64,000 nucleotides of DNA from Gammaproteobacteria bacterium (lineage in GTDB: Bacteria > Pseudomonadota > Gammaproteobacteria > JBCCGL01), in assembly GCA_965277715.1 (NCBI GenBank), contig OZ255836.1, positions 2,688,001 to 2,752,000 of the forward strand, given 5' to 3'. The position numbers and the translations under genes were made by a program. The notes under the pieces were generated by a model. It did not search any database. It was not told where the DNA came from and saw nothing but the letters and a program-made list of their open reading frames with translations. Below are positions 1-9,994 of the stretch, piece by piece; position 1 is the first letter of the stretch; each line of letters opens with the position of its first letter.

Positions 1-816
1 CTGATGCCAACCGAGCCCTATCTGCTCGGTTCACACTCTGGCTGCTGCGGTATCTGGGTATCCGGACCAACCGATTTAGGCGCCCCAACCAATGAAGTCT
101 TTGGTGAAGGCATTCCTGAATACCTGCCATCTGGCTGGAGCTGGGGTTACCGCTCAATGACGACCATCAAAGGCCTGTTTACAGCCGGTGATGGTGTCGG
201 CGCCTCCGGGCACAAATTCTCCTCCGGTTCACACGCTGAAGGCCGCCTGGCCGCCAAGGCAATGGTGAAGTACTGCCTGGACAACCCTGATCTGAAGCCT
301 GAGCTTGATACCTCAGTCGATGACCTGGTCGCCGCCATTTATCAGCCGGTAAAAACCTACTTCGAGCACAAGGACTACACCACGGCCATCGACATCAACC
401 CACACTACATCACCCCCAAGATGCTGCAATTTCGTTTGCAGAAGATCATGGATGAGTACGTGGCCGGTGTTGCAACCTATTACAACACCAACGAAAAGAT
501 GCTGGAAGTCGCCGAGGAAAAGCTGGAAATGCTCAAAGAGGACGCCTTAAAAATGCGCGCCAAAGACCTGCATGAGCTGCTGCGTGCGTGGGAAAACTAC
601 CACCGTATTCTCACCGCTGAAGCGCATATGAAACACATCCAGTTCCGTCAGGAATCCCGTTATCCGGGTTTCTACTACCGCACCGACAAGAACTTTGTCG
701 ACGAGGAAAACTGGAAATGTTTCGTTAACTCAGTGTACGACAAAGACAGCAAACAGTGGACCTGCTTCAAGCGGGCGCACACCGATTTGGTTGACAAGGC
801 CAAGTTGTTTGCTTAA
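1..816 (+). CDS. aprA: Adenylylsulfate (APS) reductase alpha subunit, 5'-truncated by the window edge
   Basis: Motifs MPTEPYLLGSHSGCCGIWVSGP, GDGVGASGHKFSSGSHAEGR, LHELLRAWEN, ESRYPGFYYR; the frame is open back to base 1. Confidence 0.95.
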   Translation: MMPTEPYLLGSHSGCCGIWVSGPTDLGAPTNEVFGEGIPEYLPSGWSWGYRSMTTIKGLFTAGDGVGASGHKFSSGSHAEGRLAAKAMVKYCLDNPDLKPELDTSVDDLVAAIYQPVKTYFEHKDYTTAIDINPHYITPKMLQFRLQKIMDEYVAGVATYYNTNEKMLEVAEEKLEMLKEDALKMRAKDLHELLRAWENYHRILTAEAHMKHIQFRQESRYPGFYYRTDKNFVDEENWKCFVNSVYDKDSKQWTCFKRAHTDLVDKAKLFA

Positions 817-843
817 ACACAACAAGTTGTACTGACCCACCTG

Positions 844-876
844 ACGGGCATATCGTTTGATATGCCCGTTTTTTTT
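844..876 (+). terminator. Rho-independent terminator of aprA
   Basis: ACGGGCATATC-GTTT-GATATGCCCGT perfect 11-bp stem followed by a T run. Confidence 0.9.
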
Positions 877-883
877 GCTTTAT

Positions 884-1093
884 CGCTTCAGCAATACAGC
901 AGAGCCTACAATCTAAGTAACTCTATCTATTAGCAGTTGAATCGTAGCGAGGGCGTCTAAGGTGCCGAAGCTGAAATGCTGGTAAAAGCGCTTTAGATTC
1001 AGTGCATTAGGTGCCCGCAGTAGATTCAACTGAGGGCTTTAGGATTAATCACTCCAAAGTCAGGAAAGCACCAGGGGTACTGCTATCAAAGCG
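884..1093 (+). ncRNA. Putative structured non-coding RNA (long hairpin), family unknown
   Basis: CAGTTGAATC (934-943) pairs with GATTCAACTG (1023-1032); GGGCGTCTAA (951-960) pairs with TTAGGTGCCC (1007-1016) through G-U pairs; no long ORF. Confidence 0.4.
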
Positions 1094-1238
1094 CAACGTG
1101 TAAAATCCACTGATCAAGGTCTGTTATCTGGTATACAGCAAGGTCATTTTTCGCATCATTCCATTAATTGGTGCCAACGATATACTTGAACACGAATAAA
1201 AAACGCGAAAAATAATACCGCCGAGGGTACATCCACCA

Positions 1239-2063
1239 ATGGAAAACGTTCCACAGATTACCAGCCTGCTCGCACTGACTGCCTACCTGTTAGCAACATG
1301 GGTGTTATTGCGCACCAGACAACACCATGACGCCGCATCACCGGGCGTAGTCGTTTTCCGGCACCTTCCACGGCTATTTCACCTGTTCACGTTCACAGCA
1401 ATGACCCTACACACAATATCGATTTATACCGTGGTAGTAACCGACAGTGGACTGCTCATAGGGTTTTTCCCCGCCCTATCCGTAACCAGCTTATTAGTGG
1501 TCGCCCTGTTAACCGCTATCTCGATCTGGCAGCCACTGGCAATTCTCGGTGTCGTGCTACTGCCTGTCGCCGGTCTGTGTACCTTCGCCGGAAGCTGGAT
1601 AACAAGCAGTACAGCAGTAACCGAAATGGCACTGCAGTGGCATATCCTCGCCTCGGTTATGGCCTACGGCATGTTGGTACTTGCGGCGACCCAATCGGTG
1701 GCATTAGCCATTCAAACGCACTATCTGCGCACACTGCGCCCTGCGGGCATTTTGGGTGCACTGCCCCCCATCGACCTGATGGAAAAGCTGCTGTTCCAGA
1801 TGATCGGCGCAGGCTTTGTGCTACTGAGTGTTTCCCTGCTCACGGGCGCATTGTTTCTACAGGATATTTTCGCTCAGCATTTAGTCCACAAGACCACCCT
1901 GTCGATCATGGCGTGGCTGGTGTTTGGCATTTTGCTGACAGGCCGCTTAGTGCGCGGATGGCGCGGCAAAACAGCGCTGGTGTGGACATTGAGTGGGCTG
2001 GGGCTACTGATTGTTGGCTATTTTGGCAGTAAGCTGGTACTCGAGTTTATTTTGGTGCGTTAA
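1239..2063 (+). CDS. ypjD: CcsA/YpjD-family cytochrome c assembly inner-membrane protein
   Basis: About 8 TM helices, HILAS and QHLVHKTTLS..AW..GWRG..GYFGSK motifs; upstream of a CNNM gene as in ypjD-yfjD. Confidence 0.88.
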   Translation: MENVPQITSLLALTAYLLATWVLLRTRQHHDAASPGVVVFRHLPRLFHLFTFTAMTLHTISIYTVVVTDSGLLIGFFPALSVTSLLVVALLTAISIWQPLAILGVVLLPVAGLCTFAGSWITSSTAVTEMALQWHILASVMAYGMLVLAATQSVALAIQTHYLRTLRPAGILGALPPIDLMEKLLFQMIGAGFVLLSVSLLTGALFLQDIFAQHLVHKTTLSIMAWLVFGILLTGRLVRGWRGKTALVWTLSGLGLLIVGYFGSKLVLEFILVR

Positions 2064-2163
2064 TGGCAGGTAAAGACGCCCTCAAATACATAAAGAATAC
2101 GCTTGACACAGCGCCATCACATCGCTAGAAATACACTTCCATAGGAAACAGGTTCAACAACAC

Positions 2164-3459
2164 TTGAACACCACTCCGCTTGGCGCATTATTTACTGTGC
2201 TGGCTATTCTCATTGTGCTTTCGGGATTCTTTTCCGGCTCCGAAACGGCACTGATGACCTTAAACCGCTACCGCCTGCGCCACCTGGCCAATAGTGGCCA
2301 TCGCGGTGCACGGCTCGCATCACACTTGCTCACACAGCCCGACCGTCTGCTCGGTTTGATTCTGCTTGGCAATAACTTCATCAATATTTCAGCCTCTGCC
2401 CTGGCGACGGTTATCGCCTTGCGTTTATACGGTGAAGCGGGTATTGCGCTGGCCACCGGCCTACTCACACTGGTCATACTGATCTTTGCCGAAGTCGCAC
2501 CCAAAACACTCGCCGCCCGGCACCCCGAACCCCTGGCGTTTTTTGCCTCGTATCTCTACACCCCGCTATTACACCCATACTGCCCGCTGGTGTGGGTGGT
2601 GTGGGTGGTCAACTTCCTGTCCAATGGGCTGTTGCGGCTACTGCACCTATCACCCGAGCAGGCCGACGACGATAAACTCAACGCTGAAGAACTGCGCACG
2701 GTAGTCAATGAAGCGGGCGGCCTGATCCCGGAAGAACACCAGACCATGTTGTTGAACATCCTCGATCTGGAAAAAATTACCGTCAACGATATTATGGTGC
2801 CGCGCCACGAGATTAGCGGCATTGACCTGGAAGATAGCTGGAAAGAAATTTCGCAGCAGATTACCGGCAGTGGGCATAGCCGTTTACCTGTCTACAGCGA
2901 GAGTATCGATAACGTTGAAGGGTTCATCTATCTACGCAAATTTATCGACCTGCGGCGTCGCAAGGAAGTCACACTCGGACACCTTAAATCACAAATCCAC
3001 GAAGCGTATTTCATTCCTGAAAACACTCCCCTCACGGTGCAATTGCTGAATTTTCAAAAAGATGCCAAACGCATTGGCCTGGTGGTCGATGAATACGGTG
3101 ACATTCTTGGCCTGGTGACGGTTGAGGATATTCTTGAGGAAATCGTCGGCGAATTTACTACTGGCCCGGGCGCCGGGGAAACCATCACAGTCGAGACAGA
3201 CGGCAGCCTGACCGTCGATGGCAGCACCGCAGTGCGCTACCTGAACCGCCGCCTCGGCTGGAAGATACCAATGGATGGCCCCAAAACGCTGAACGGGTTG
3301 ATTCTCGAATACCTGGAAGATATCCCCACACCGGGCACGACCTTTTTAATCGATAAACGCCCTGTGGAGATTATCGAAACCCGCGACAACGTAGTGAAGA
3401 GTGCACGTATTTTTCCCATTATTGAGGAAAGCGCAAACGCACAGACTGGCGGTGACTGA
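2164..3459 (+). CDS. corB: HlyC/CorC (CNNM) family Mg2+/Co2+ transporter with CBS domains
   Basis: FFSGSETA, LLGNN, EVAPKT, MVPR, GHSRLP, VVDEYG..EDILEEIVGE motifs. Confidence 0.9.
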   Translation: MNTTPLGALFTVLAILIVLSGFFSGSETALMTLNRYRLRHLANSGHRGARLASHLLTQPDRLLGLILLGNNFINISASALATVIALRLYGEAGIALATGLLTLVILIFAEVAPKTLAARHPEPLAFFASYLYTPLLHPYCPLVWVVWVVNFLSNGLLRLLHLSPEQADDDKLNAEELRTVVNEAGGLIPEEHQTMLLNILDLEKITVNDIMVPRHEISGIDLEDSWKEISQQITGSGHSRLPVYSESIDNVEGFIYLRKFIDLRRRKEVTLGHLKSQIHEAYFIPENTPLTVQLLNFQKDAKRIGLVVDEYGDILGLVTVEDILEEIVGEFTTGPGAGETITVETDGSLTVDGSTAVRYLNRRLGWKIPMDGPKTLNGLILEYLEDIPTPGTTFLIDKRPVEIIETRDNVVKSARIFPIIEESANAQTGGD

Positions 3460-3465
3460 GCACCT

Positions 3466-4824
3466 GTGGCCAAAGATAAACGCTACTATCAATGTAACGC
3501 CTGCGCCAGCTACAGCCCCAAATGGAGTGGTCAATGCGCCGAATGCGGCGAGTGGAATACACTGCAGGAATGCAGCCAGCCAACGGCCAGCCCCACAAAC
3601 AATGCACGGCGTGGCGGCTATGCGGGGCATAGCCAGGTCACCTCGCTGGCCGACGTTTCACTGCGGCAACTGGCCCGCACCACCACGGGTATCAGCGAGC
3701 TGGACAGGGTGCTCGGTGGTGGCCTGGTCACAGGCTCGGTGACCCTACTCGGTGGCGACCCCGGTATTGGCAAATCCACACTCCTCTTACAATCCATCGC
3801 ACTCTTATCGCAATCGCTAAACACACTGTATGTGAGTGGCGAGGAATCGATGCAGCAAATCACCCTGCGGGCGCGGCGCCTGTCGTTAGTCGAGGATCGT
3901 TTGAAGTTACTCACCGAAACCTGTGTGGAATCGATCATCGACATCACCCAACGGGAAAAACCCGCCGTCATCGTCATCGATTCAATACAAACGATGTATA
4001 CCGATACCCTGCAATCGGCCCCTGGTGCAGTGGCACAACTGCGCGAGGCGACAGCGCGACTGGTGCGCTATGCCAAACAGTCGGGCACCGCCATGTTTAT
4101 TGTCGGGCACGTCACCAAAGAGGGGGCACTGGCGGGGCCACGCGTATTGGAGCATATGGTCGATACTGTTTTGTACTTCGAGGGGGACCCCGGCAGCCGC
4201 TACCGGGTGATTCGCGCCGTTAAAAACCGCTTTGGTGCCGTCAACGAGCTGGGAGTCTTTGCCATGGACGAAAAGGGACTACAGGGTGTTAACAACCCTT
4301 CGGCAATTTTTCTATCGCGCCACCCACAGCCGGTCGCGGGCAGCGTGATTATGGTGACGCGGGAAGGCACCCGGCCTCTGCTGGTTGAAACCCAGGCGCT
4401 GGTGGATGAATCGCGCTTAAACAATGTGCGCCGCGTTACCCTGGGGCTGGAACAAAACCGCCTGGCCATGCTGTTGGCGGTATTGCACCGCCACGCCGGT
4501 ATCGCTATGTACGATCAGGATGTGTTCGTCAATGTCGTCGGGGGAGTGCGCATCGCCGAAACCGCCGCCGATCTACCGGTACTGATCGCCGCGCTTTCGT
4601 CTTTTCGTGACAGGCCGGTATCCAACAAACTCGTCACCTTCGGTGAAGTGGGACTGGCGGGCGAGATAAGACCCGTGCCCAACGGTGAAGAGCGATTGCG
4701 TGAAGCGGCCAAACACGGCTTTAGCGAAGCCATCGTGCCGAAATCCAACGCACCACGCAACAAAATAGACGGAATGCAGGTAAAATCCGTTGAGCGACTT
4801 TCACAGGTAATCGACTTACTTTAG
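3466..4824 (+). CDS. radA: DNA repair protein RadA/Sms
   Basis: N-terminal C4 zinc finger, Walker [15 protein letters not shown] motif, Lon-like C-terminus. Confidence 0.97.
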   Translation: MAKDKRYYQCNACASYSPKWSGQCAECGEWNTLQECSQPTASPTNNARRGGYAGHSQVTSLADVSLRQLARTTTGISELDRVLGGGLVTGSVTLLGGDPGIGKSTLLLQSIALLSQSLNTLYVSGEESMQQITLRARRLSLVEDRLKLLTETCVESIIDITQREKPAVIVIDSIQTMYTDTLQSAPGAVAQLREATARLVRYAKQSGTAMFIVGHVTKEGALAGPRVLEHMVDTVLYFEGDPGSRYRVIRAVKNRFGAVNELGVFAMDEKGLQGVNNPSAIFLSRHPQPVAGSVIMVTREGTRPLLVETQALVDESRLNNVRRVTLGLEQNRLAMLLAVLHRHAGIAMYDQDVFVNVVGGVRIAETAADLPVLIAALSSFRDRPVSNKLVTFGEVGLAGEIRPVPNGEERLREAAKHGFSEAIVPKSNAPRNKIDGMQVKSVERLSQVIDLL

Positions 4825-4861
4825 AGTTGCACTTTTATCCGGTAACCAACGAACGTGTGAC

Positions 4862-5113
4862 ATGGCCAGAAAAAAACCCCCAATTGATGAAGATCCTCCA
4901 TTTGAAGCGGCCCTCGGCGAGCTTGAAGCGCTCGTCGACGAACTGGAAGCAGGCGATCTGAATCTGGCGGAATCACTGCAAAAATTTGAACGCGGCGTTA
5001 CCCTGGCCCGCCAGTGTCAGGCATCCCTTAGCCAGGCTGAACAAAAAATTCACACCTTGAGCGAAGCCACTGACGACGGTGACGCCGCTACGGAAACCAA
5101 GCGCATTGACTGA
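4862..5113 (+). CDS. xseB: Exodeoxyribonuclease VII small subunit
   Basis: [24 protein letters not shown] pattern; directly upstream of ispA. Confidence 0.93.
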   Translation: MARKKPPIDEDPPFEAALGELEALVDELEAGDLNLAESLQKFERGVTLARQCQASLSQAEQKIHTLSEATDDGDAATETKRID

Positions 5114-6011
5114 TTTACCGGCACCTCTGGAAGAAACCCTCAGCCATTACCGCAAGCGCATCGACACCGCACTCAAACAGTGCCTGCCCACCCCGTCTAC
5201 CCGCACTGTGCGCCTGCACCAGGCAATGCACTACGCCGTCACCAACGGTGGCAAACGGGTTCGGCCTATACTGGTTTATGCCACAGGCGATGCACTCAAC
5301 GGCCCCACTGAGTTACTCGATCAAATCGCCTGCGCCGTCGAATTAATCCACGCCTATTCGCTGGTACACGACGACTTACCCGCGATGGACGACGACGACC
5401 TGCGCCGTGGCAATCCCACCTGCCACAAAAAATTTGATGAAGCCACCGCCATACTTGCCGGTGATGCACTCCAGGCACTGGCATTTTCAATAATGGCAAA
5501 AGACAGCGGCAATACTGTTTCACCCGCCCGTCGTCTGGAAATGATCACCCTACTAGGTGAGGCAGTCGGAGACACCGGTATGGCACTGGGGCAGGCCATC
5601 GACCTCGAAGTAGTCAGCAAACAAATCGACCTGGATACACTGGAAAATATGCACCGGCACAAAACGGGTGCATTAATCCGCGCCAGCGTGCGACTGGGGG
5701 CATTGAGCAGCCCATACGTCGACCAACACATACTCGACAAACTTGACAACTATGCCAACGCCGTCGGCCTGGCTTTTCAAATCGTCGATGACATCCTCGA
5801 CGTTATCACCGATACCAACACCCTTGGCAAACCACAAGGCTCAGACATCGCCCGCGATAAACCCACCTACCCCGCACTACTGGGACTGGAAGGTGCTCGT
5901 AACCATGCACAGCACATGCACCAGGCAGCACTCGCAAGCCTCAATGGCCTACCCGACAACTACAATTTCTTACGCGCACTATCAGCCTATATCGTCGAAC
6001 GCTCTTATTAA
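5106..6011 (+). CDS. ispA: Farnesyl diphosphate synthase / geranyltranstransferase
   Basis: [36 protein letters not shown]; start placed at TTG 5106 (ORF is open from 5079). Confidence 0.95.
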   Translation: MTDLPAPLEETLSHYRKRIDTALKQCLPTPSTRTVRLHQAMHYAVTNGGKRVRPILVYATGDALNGPTELLDQIACAVELIHAYSLVHDDLPAMDDDDLRRGNPTCHKKFDEATAILAGDALQALAFSIMAKDSGNTVSPARRLEMITLLGEAVGDTGMALGQAIDLEVVSKQIDLDTLENMHRHKTGALIRASVRLGALSSPYVDQHILDKLDNYANAVGLAFQIVDDILDVITDTNTLGKPQGSDIARDKPTYPALLGLEGARNHAQHMHQAALASLNGLPDNYNFLRALSAYIVERSY

Positions 6012-6098
6012 TTCATGCATGGAGCAGCCTATAAAACCGGCTACCCACAGGGCGCGAGTGAAACGCCACAACACCCTATTGCCTATATATCCCGTTAA

Positions 6099-6671
6099 TT
6101 AAAACCCAGGCTCATTACCCAGTTTCCACTTTATACTACACCCCACACTAGGCCGCTGTTCACCCCCCACCGGCAAACCATCAAGCACCGCCTCAGCCGC
6201 AGCCCGCAAATCCCCCCCTGTAACCGCCACCTGATTACCCGGCCTCGACGCATCAAACTGCCCTCGATAAACCAGCGTATGCGCCGCATCAAACAGATAA
6301 AAATCGGGCGTACATGCCGCCTCATAAGCCTGGGCAACAGCTTGTGATTCATCAAACAAATAGGGAAATTGATACGCATATTGCCGCGCCAGTGTCGCCA
6401 TCTTATCTGGCCCGTCCTGCGGATACCCCGCTGCATCATTCGCACTGATCGCCACCACCGCCATACCCCGGTCAGTGAGTTCATTAGCCAGAGCAGCAAA
6501 CACCGTTTGAATATGGATAACATAAGGGCAGTGGTTACAAATAAACGCCACCAACAGCGGTTGCCCGGTAAAATCAGCCGAGGCGACTGTCCTACCACTC
6601 GCAGGCTCCAGCAGATCAAAAGCAGGGGCTGGTGTGCCCAGCGTCATCATCGTCGAGGGGGTAAGTGCCAT
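6099..6671 (-). CDS. Thioredoxin-family (AhpC/TSA-like) protein
   Basis: FICNHCPYV, YPQDGP, ACTPDF, GCSIKW motifs. Confidence 0.88.
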   Translation of the reverse strand: MALTPSTMMTLGTPAPAFDLLEPASGRTVASADFTGQPLLVAFICNHCPYVIHIQTVFAALANELTDRGMAVVAISANDAAGYPQDGPDKMATLARQYAYQFPYLFDESQAVAQAYEAACTPDFYLFDAAHTLVYRGQFDASRPGNQVAVTGGDLRAAAEAVLDGLPVGGEQRPSVGCSIKWKLGNEPGF

Positions 6672-6805
6672 AGGTTGTTTCCAGCAGATTAATAAGGTGC
6701 GCCTATTATACTGCGTTAGGGTGACTTACCGCCTGGAACTTTACTGGCGATGCGCCTCCTAATACACCACTGAACAAACCACTCTAATAATCGATAGGTC
6801 TGGAA

Positions 6806-7378
6806 ATGATAAAAAGCACATTGATCTACCGCAGTGCATTAGCGATAACTGTAGTGGCTGTCGCTGCACTGCTCTTCACACGCTACAACGCAACCGCCGT
6901 CGCACAGACGATTGTAGCGAGGCCCGCCCCCGAATTTAACCAGACAGAACCAGACGCCTGGTTAAACTCACCGCCACTGACGATGGCGAGTTTGCGCGGC
7001 AAGGTGGTACTGCTGGATTTTTGGACATTTGGCTGCTGGAACTGCTATCGCTCATTTCCATGGTTAAACGCACTGGAAGAGAAATATGCCAACCACGACT
7101 TACAGGTAATCGGCATTCACACCCCGGAATTTGAACACGAAAAAGTACGCGCCAATATCGAGGAAAAAATTGCCGAGTTTGGGCTTAAACACCCATCGAT
7201 GATGGACAACGACTTCTACTACTGGAAGAGCATGCGCAACCGCTACTGGCCCTCGTTTTACCTAATCGACAAACGCGGTTTTATCCGCCACGTATTTATA
7301 GGTGAAATTCACGCCGAAGACCGCAGAGCACAAGCGATTGAACACGCGCTAAAAAACCTGCTCGCCGAGCCAGCCTAG
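6806..7378 (+). CDS. Exported redoxin (DipZ/TlpA-like thioredoxin)
   Basis: Signal peptide; GKVVLLDFWTFGCWNC, HTPEF, NRYWP motifs. Confidence 0.85.
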   Translation: MIKSTLIYRSALAITVVAVAALLFTRYNATAVAQTIVARPAPEFNQTEPDAWLNSPPLTMASLRGKVVLLDFWTFGCWNCYRSFPWLNALEEKYANHDLQVIGIHTPEFEHEKVRANIEEKIAEFGLKHPSMMDNDFYYWKSMRNRYWPSFYLIDKRGFIRHVFIGEIHAEDRRAQAIEHALKNLLAEPA

Positions 7379-7438
7379 ACCCCATGTATTGATCTGTTCA
7401 ACCTCAAAGTCTGTGGGAATTACTGGTTCATCGGTGAT

Positions 7439-9127
7439 CTACCTGGCTCTGTGCTTGAAGGAATCGCGACGAAAGCTGTACAGCGCTTTAGGGTCAACCG
7501 CCACATCAATCACAGCCGGTTTGCCACAATCGAGCGCAGCGCGCACGGCCTCGGCAAGCTCGCGGGTGCGCTCGACACGAAAACCCGCCGCACCATACAG
7601 CTCAGCCACTTTATCAAAAGGTGGGCTACTGATATTGGCGCCGATGTAACGCTCGCCAAAGAAATCCCGCTGGTAGGCCTTTTCTGCGCCCCAGCACTGG
7701 TTATTCATAACGACAGTAACGGTGTTAATACCGTGGTCGACAGCCGTGCTCAACTCTGAAAGCGTCATACCAAAACCGCCATCGCCCATCAGGCTAACCA
7801 CCGGGCGATCCGGGCGTGCCACCTTAACACCTAAACCGCAGGCAAAAGAGAAGCCAACCAGACCAAAATCCAGCGGGGTAAACAGACACGGCGGTTCCCA
7901 ATAATTCAGGGCATCGGTCGCCTGCAGGCACAGCGTCCCGGCATCCATGGTGACAGCCGCCGACTTTGGCAACACATCGCGCAGGGCTTTGTACAAACCG
8001 GAAGGTTGAATCGGGTGGACATCGGTTGCCGCGTCTGCATCACGCTTGTGTAAATAGGCGGTGCGCTCGCGCTGATAATCCTGCACCCAGGCCATCGCCT
8101 CTGCCCGCGCCTCCAGGGTGGTCAGCTCATCACACAATTGCCGCGCCACTGTCGGGGCATCTGCCCAGATACCCTGCACAACAGGGAAATAACGGCCGAT
8201 GGCGGTGGGTTCCAGCTCAACCTGGATAATCGCCGCCTGCTCATTAATATTGTCGTAGGAGTAAAACGTGGCATTAAATCCCAGGCGTGTGCCCAGCGCC
8301 AGAATCACATCCGCCTGTTTTGCCAGGCGGGAGGCAACCGGGTTACCACGCGGCCCCATCTGGCCCGCGTTGAGCGGGTGGTCAAATGGGATCGCATCGC
8401 CATGTCCGGGCGCGGTAACAATAGGCGCGCTCAGTGCCTCAGCGAGTGCTATTACAGATGCGTACCCACCCGTGTTTTTGATACCGCCGCCCGCGACAAT
8501 CACTGGCTGTACAGCCGCGTGTAACCGTTTAGCCGCCGCTTTGATTGCATCGTTTGCGGCGGCGGGCACACTGTCAGTACGGTAGTGTTGAGGAGACTGA
8601 AAATCGGCAAAACCGGCGGTTTCTGACAATACATCACGCGGTAGGTTTAGCTGCACCGGGCCGCGTCTTGGCGTCATCGCCACCCGAAACGCCTCACGGA
8701 ACATCTCAGGCACACGGTCTGTCCCTGTCACTGTCCAGGTTTTTTTAGTCACGGGCCGAAACAGTGACTGTTGGTCAACCTCCTGAAAGGCATCGCGGTA
8801 CACATGCCCGGAGGAGAGTGCACCGGCAATGGAGATAACCGGGGAAAAAGCCGCCGCCGCCTGCGCCAGGCCGGTGACGAGGTTGGTGGCACCAGGGCCA
8901 TTTTGCCCTGCCAGAATGACGCCTGGACGCCCCGAGGCACGGGCGTACCCATCGGCCATATGGGTGCCGGTGCGCTCATCGTGCACGCCAATAAAATTAA
9001 TTTCACTGGCGTCGTAAAGTGCATCAAACATTTCCATCGTCGCCGATCCAATCAAGCCAAACAGGTGCTCGACCTTTTCTGCCCGCAGTGACTCGACAGC
9101 CGCCTGCCCGCCGGATAGTGTTTTCAT
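7439..9127 (-). CDS. Thiamine-diphosphate enzyme, sulfoacetaldehyde acetyltransferase (Xsc)-like
   Basis: FGLIGSA, QNGPG, GDGG..NN ThDP motif and WGAEK are shared with Xsc, but the protein is divergent overall. Confidence 0.7.
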   Translation of the reverse strand: MKTLSGGQAAVESLRAEKVEHLFGLIGSATMEMFDALYDASEINFIGVHDERTGTHMADGYARASGRPGVILAGQNGPGATNLVTGLAQAAAAFSPVISIAGALSSGHVYRDAFQEVDQQSLFRPVTKKTWTVTGTDRVPEMFREAFRVAMTPRRGPVQLNLPRDVLSETAGFADFQSPQHYRTDSVPAAANDAIKAAAKRLHAAVQPVIVAGGGIKNTGGYASVIALAEALSAPIVTAPGHGDAIPFDHPLNAGQMGPRGNPVASRLAKQADVILALGTRLGFNATFYSYDNINEQAAIIQVELEPTAIGRYFPVVQGIWADAPTVARQLCDELTTLEARAEAMAWVQDYQRERTAYLHKRDADAATDVHPIQPSGLYKALRDVLPKSAAVTMDAGTLCLQATDALNYWEPPCLFTPLDFGLVGFSFACGLGVKVARPDRPVVSLMGDGGFGMTLSELSTAVDHGINTVTVVMNNQCWGAEKAYQRDFFGERYIGANISSPPFDKVAELYGAAGFRVERTRELAEAVRAALDCGKPAVIDVAVDPKALYSFRRDSFKHRAR

Positions 9128-9172
9128 GGTGATTCTCTCAGTTATGTCTATAAATAGTTTTTTTACACGCGG

Positions 9173-9994
9173 CTAATCCCGCAACCCTATTTCATCAAAG
9201 AACTGTAGCAACGGCACGGTAAATTTATCCGGCCTTTCAACCAGCCCCATATGTTGCAGATCCGGCACGATGATGGTTTGTGCGCCCGGCATTTCAGCCG
9301 CGATAGCGTAGCTCATATCCGGGGTGCTGCCGCTATCATTTTCCGCTGTTATAACCAGAGTTGGCTGGGCGATAGGCGGGTGAGGGCGAATCAACTCGAT
9401 AACACCCGTCGCCAGCACCTGGCGGCACTGCGCATAAATAACCGGGTCGTTGGCCAATACCCATTGGCGTATCTGATGGATGAAATCAGCGTTTGCCGAG
9501 CGAAACCCGACCGTAAACCAGCGTTCGAGCGTAGCGTCGAGATTGGCCGCCGGGCCACCTTCAGCGGTTTCGGCGGCGCGTGCCTCGATCTGCTGTTGCG
9601 CCGCCGGGCTGCGCTCGTGGGGTGAATTTAAAATGGCGAGCGCACGCACGCGCTCAGGGTAGTCCATCGCAAAACGCCGGTTGATCATACCCCCCAGCGA
9701 AAACCCGACGATGGTGGCCTTATCAATACCCAGAGTATCTAGCAATTCACACAATTGTGCCGAAAACACGCTGAGCGATACCTGCCCAGGGGGTGATGAG
9801 CCGGGTGGTGGCACACTTTCCCCGTGGCCGAATAAATCGTAATACAACACGCGGTAACCGACAGCGGCGAATACCGCGTGGTATGCCTGCCAGATTTGCC
9901 GGTTTAACCCCAGGCCATGAATGAGCACCACAACGGGGGCGACTTCTGGGCCAGCCTGTTCATAAACCGTTCCGCTGCGCGTGAGTTCTCTCAT
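9173..9994 (-). CDS. Alpha/beta hydrolase (PcaD-like)
   Basis: IHGLG, GHGES, GFSLGG nucleophile elbow, LERWF, C-terminal His. Confidence 0.85.
   Translation of the reverse strand: MRELTRSGTVYEQAGPEVAPVVVLIHGLGLNRQIWQAYHAVFAAVGYRVLYYDLFGHGESVPPPGSSPPGQVSLSVFSAQLCELLDTLGIDKATIVGFSLGGMINRRFAMDYPERVRALAILNSPHERSPAAQQQIEARAAETAEGGPAANLDATLERWFTVGFRSANADFIHQIRQWVLANDPVIYAQCRQVLATGVIELIRPHPPIAQPTLVITAENDSGSTPDMSYAIAAEMPGAQTIIVPDLQHMGLVERPDKFTVPLLQFFDEIGLRD

Noticed and set aside
1055-1075. TCAGGAAAGCACC as SRP RNA core
   Set aside because: Lacks the stem-GGAA-tetraloop and AGCAG internal-loop arrangement of ffs
7380-7392. CCCCATGTATTGA also found near 48448
   Set aside because: Only 13 bp with unrelated flanks; insufficient for a repeat family
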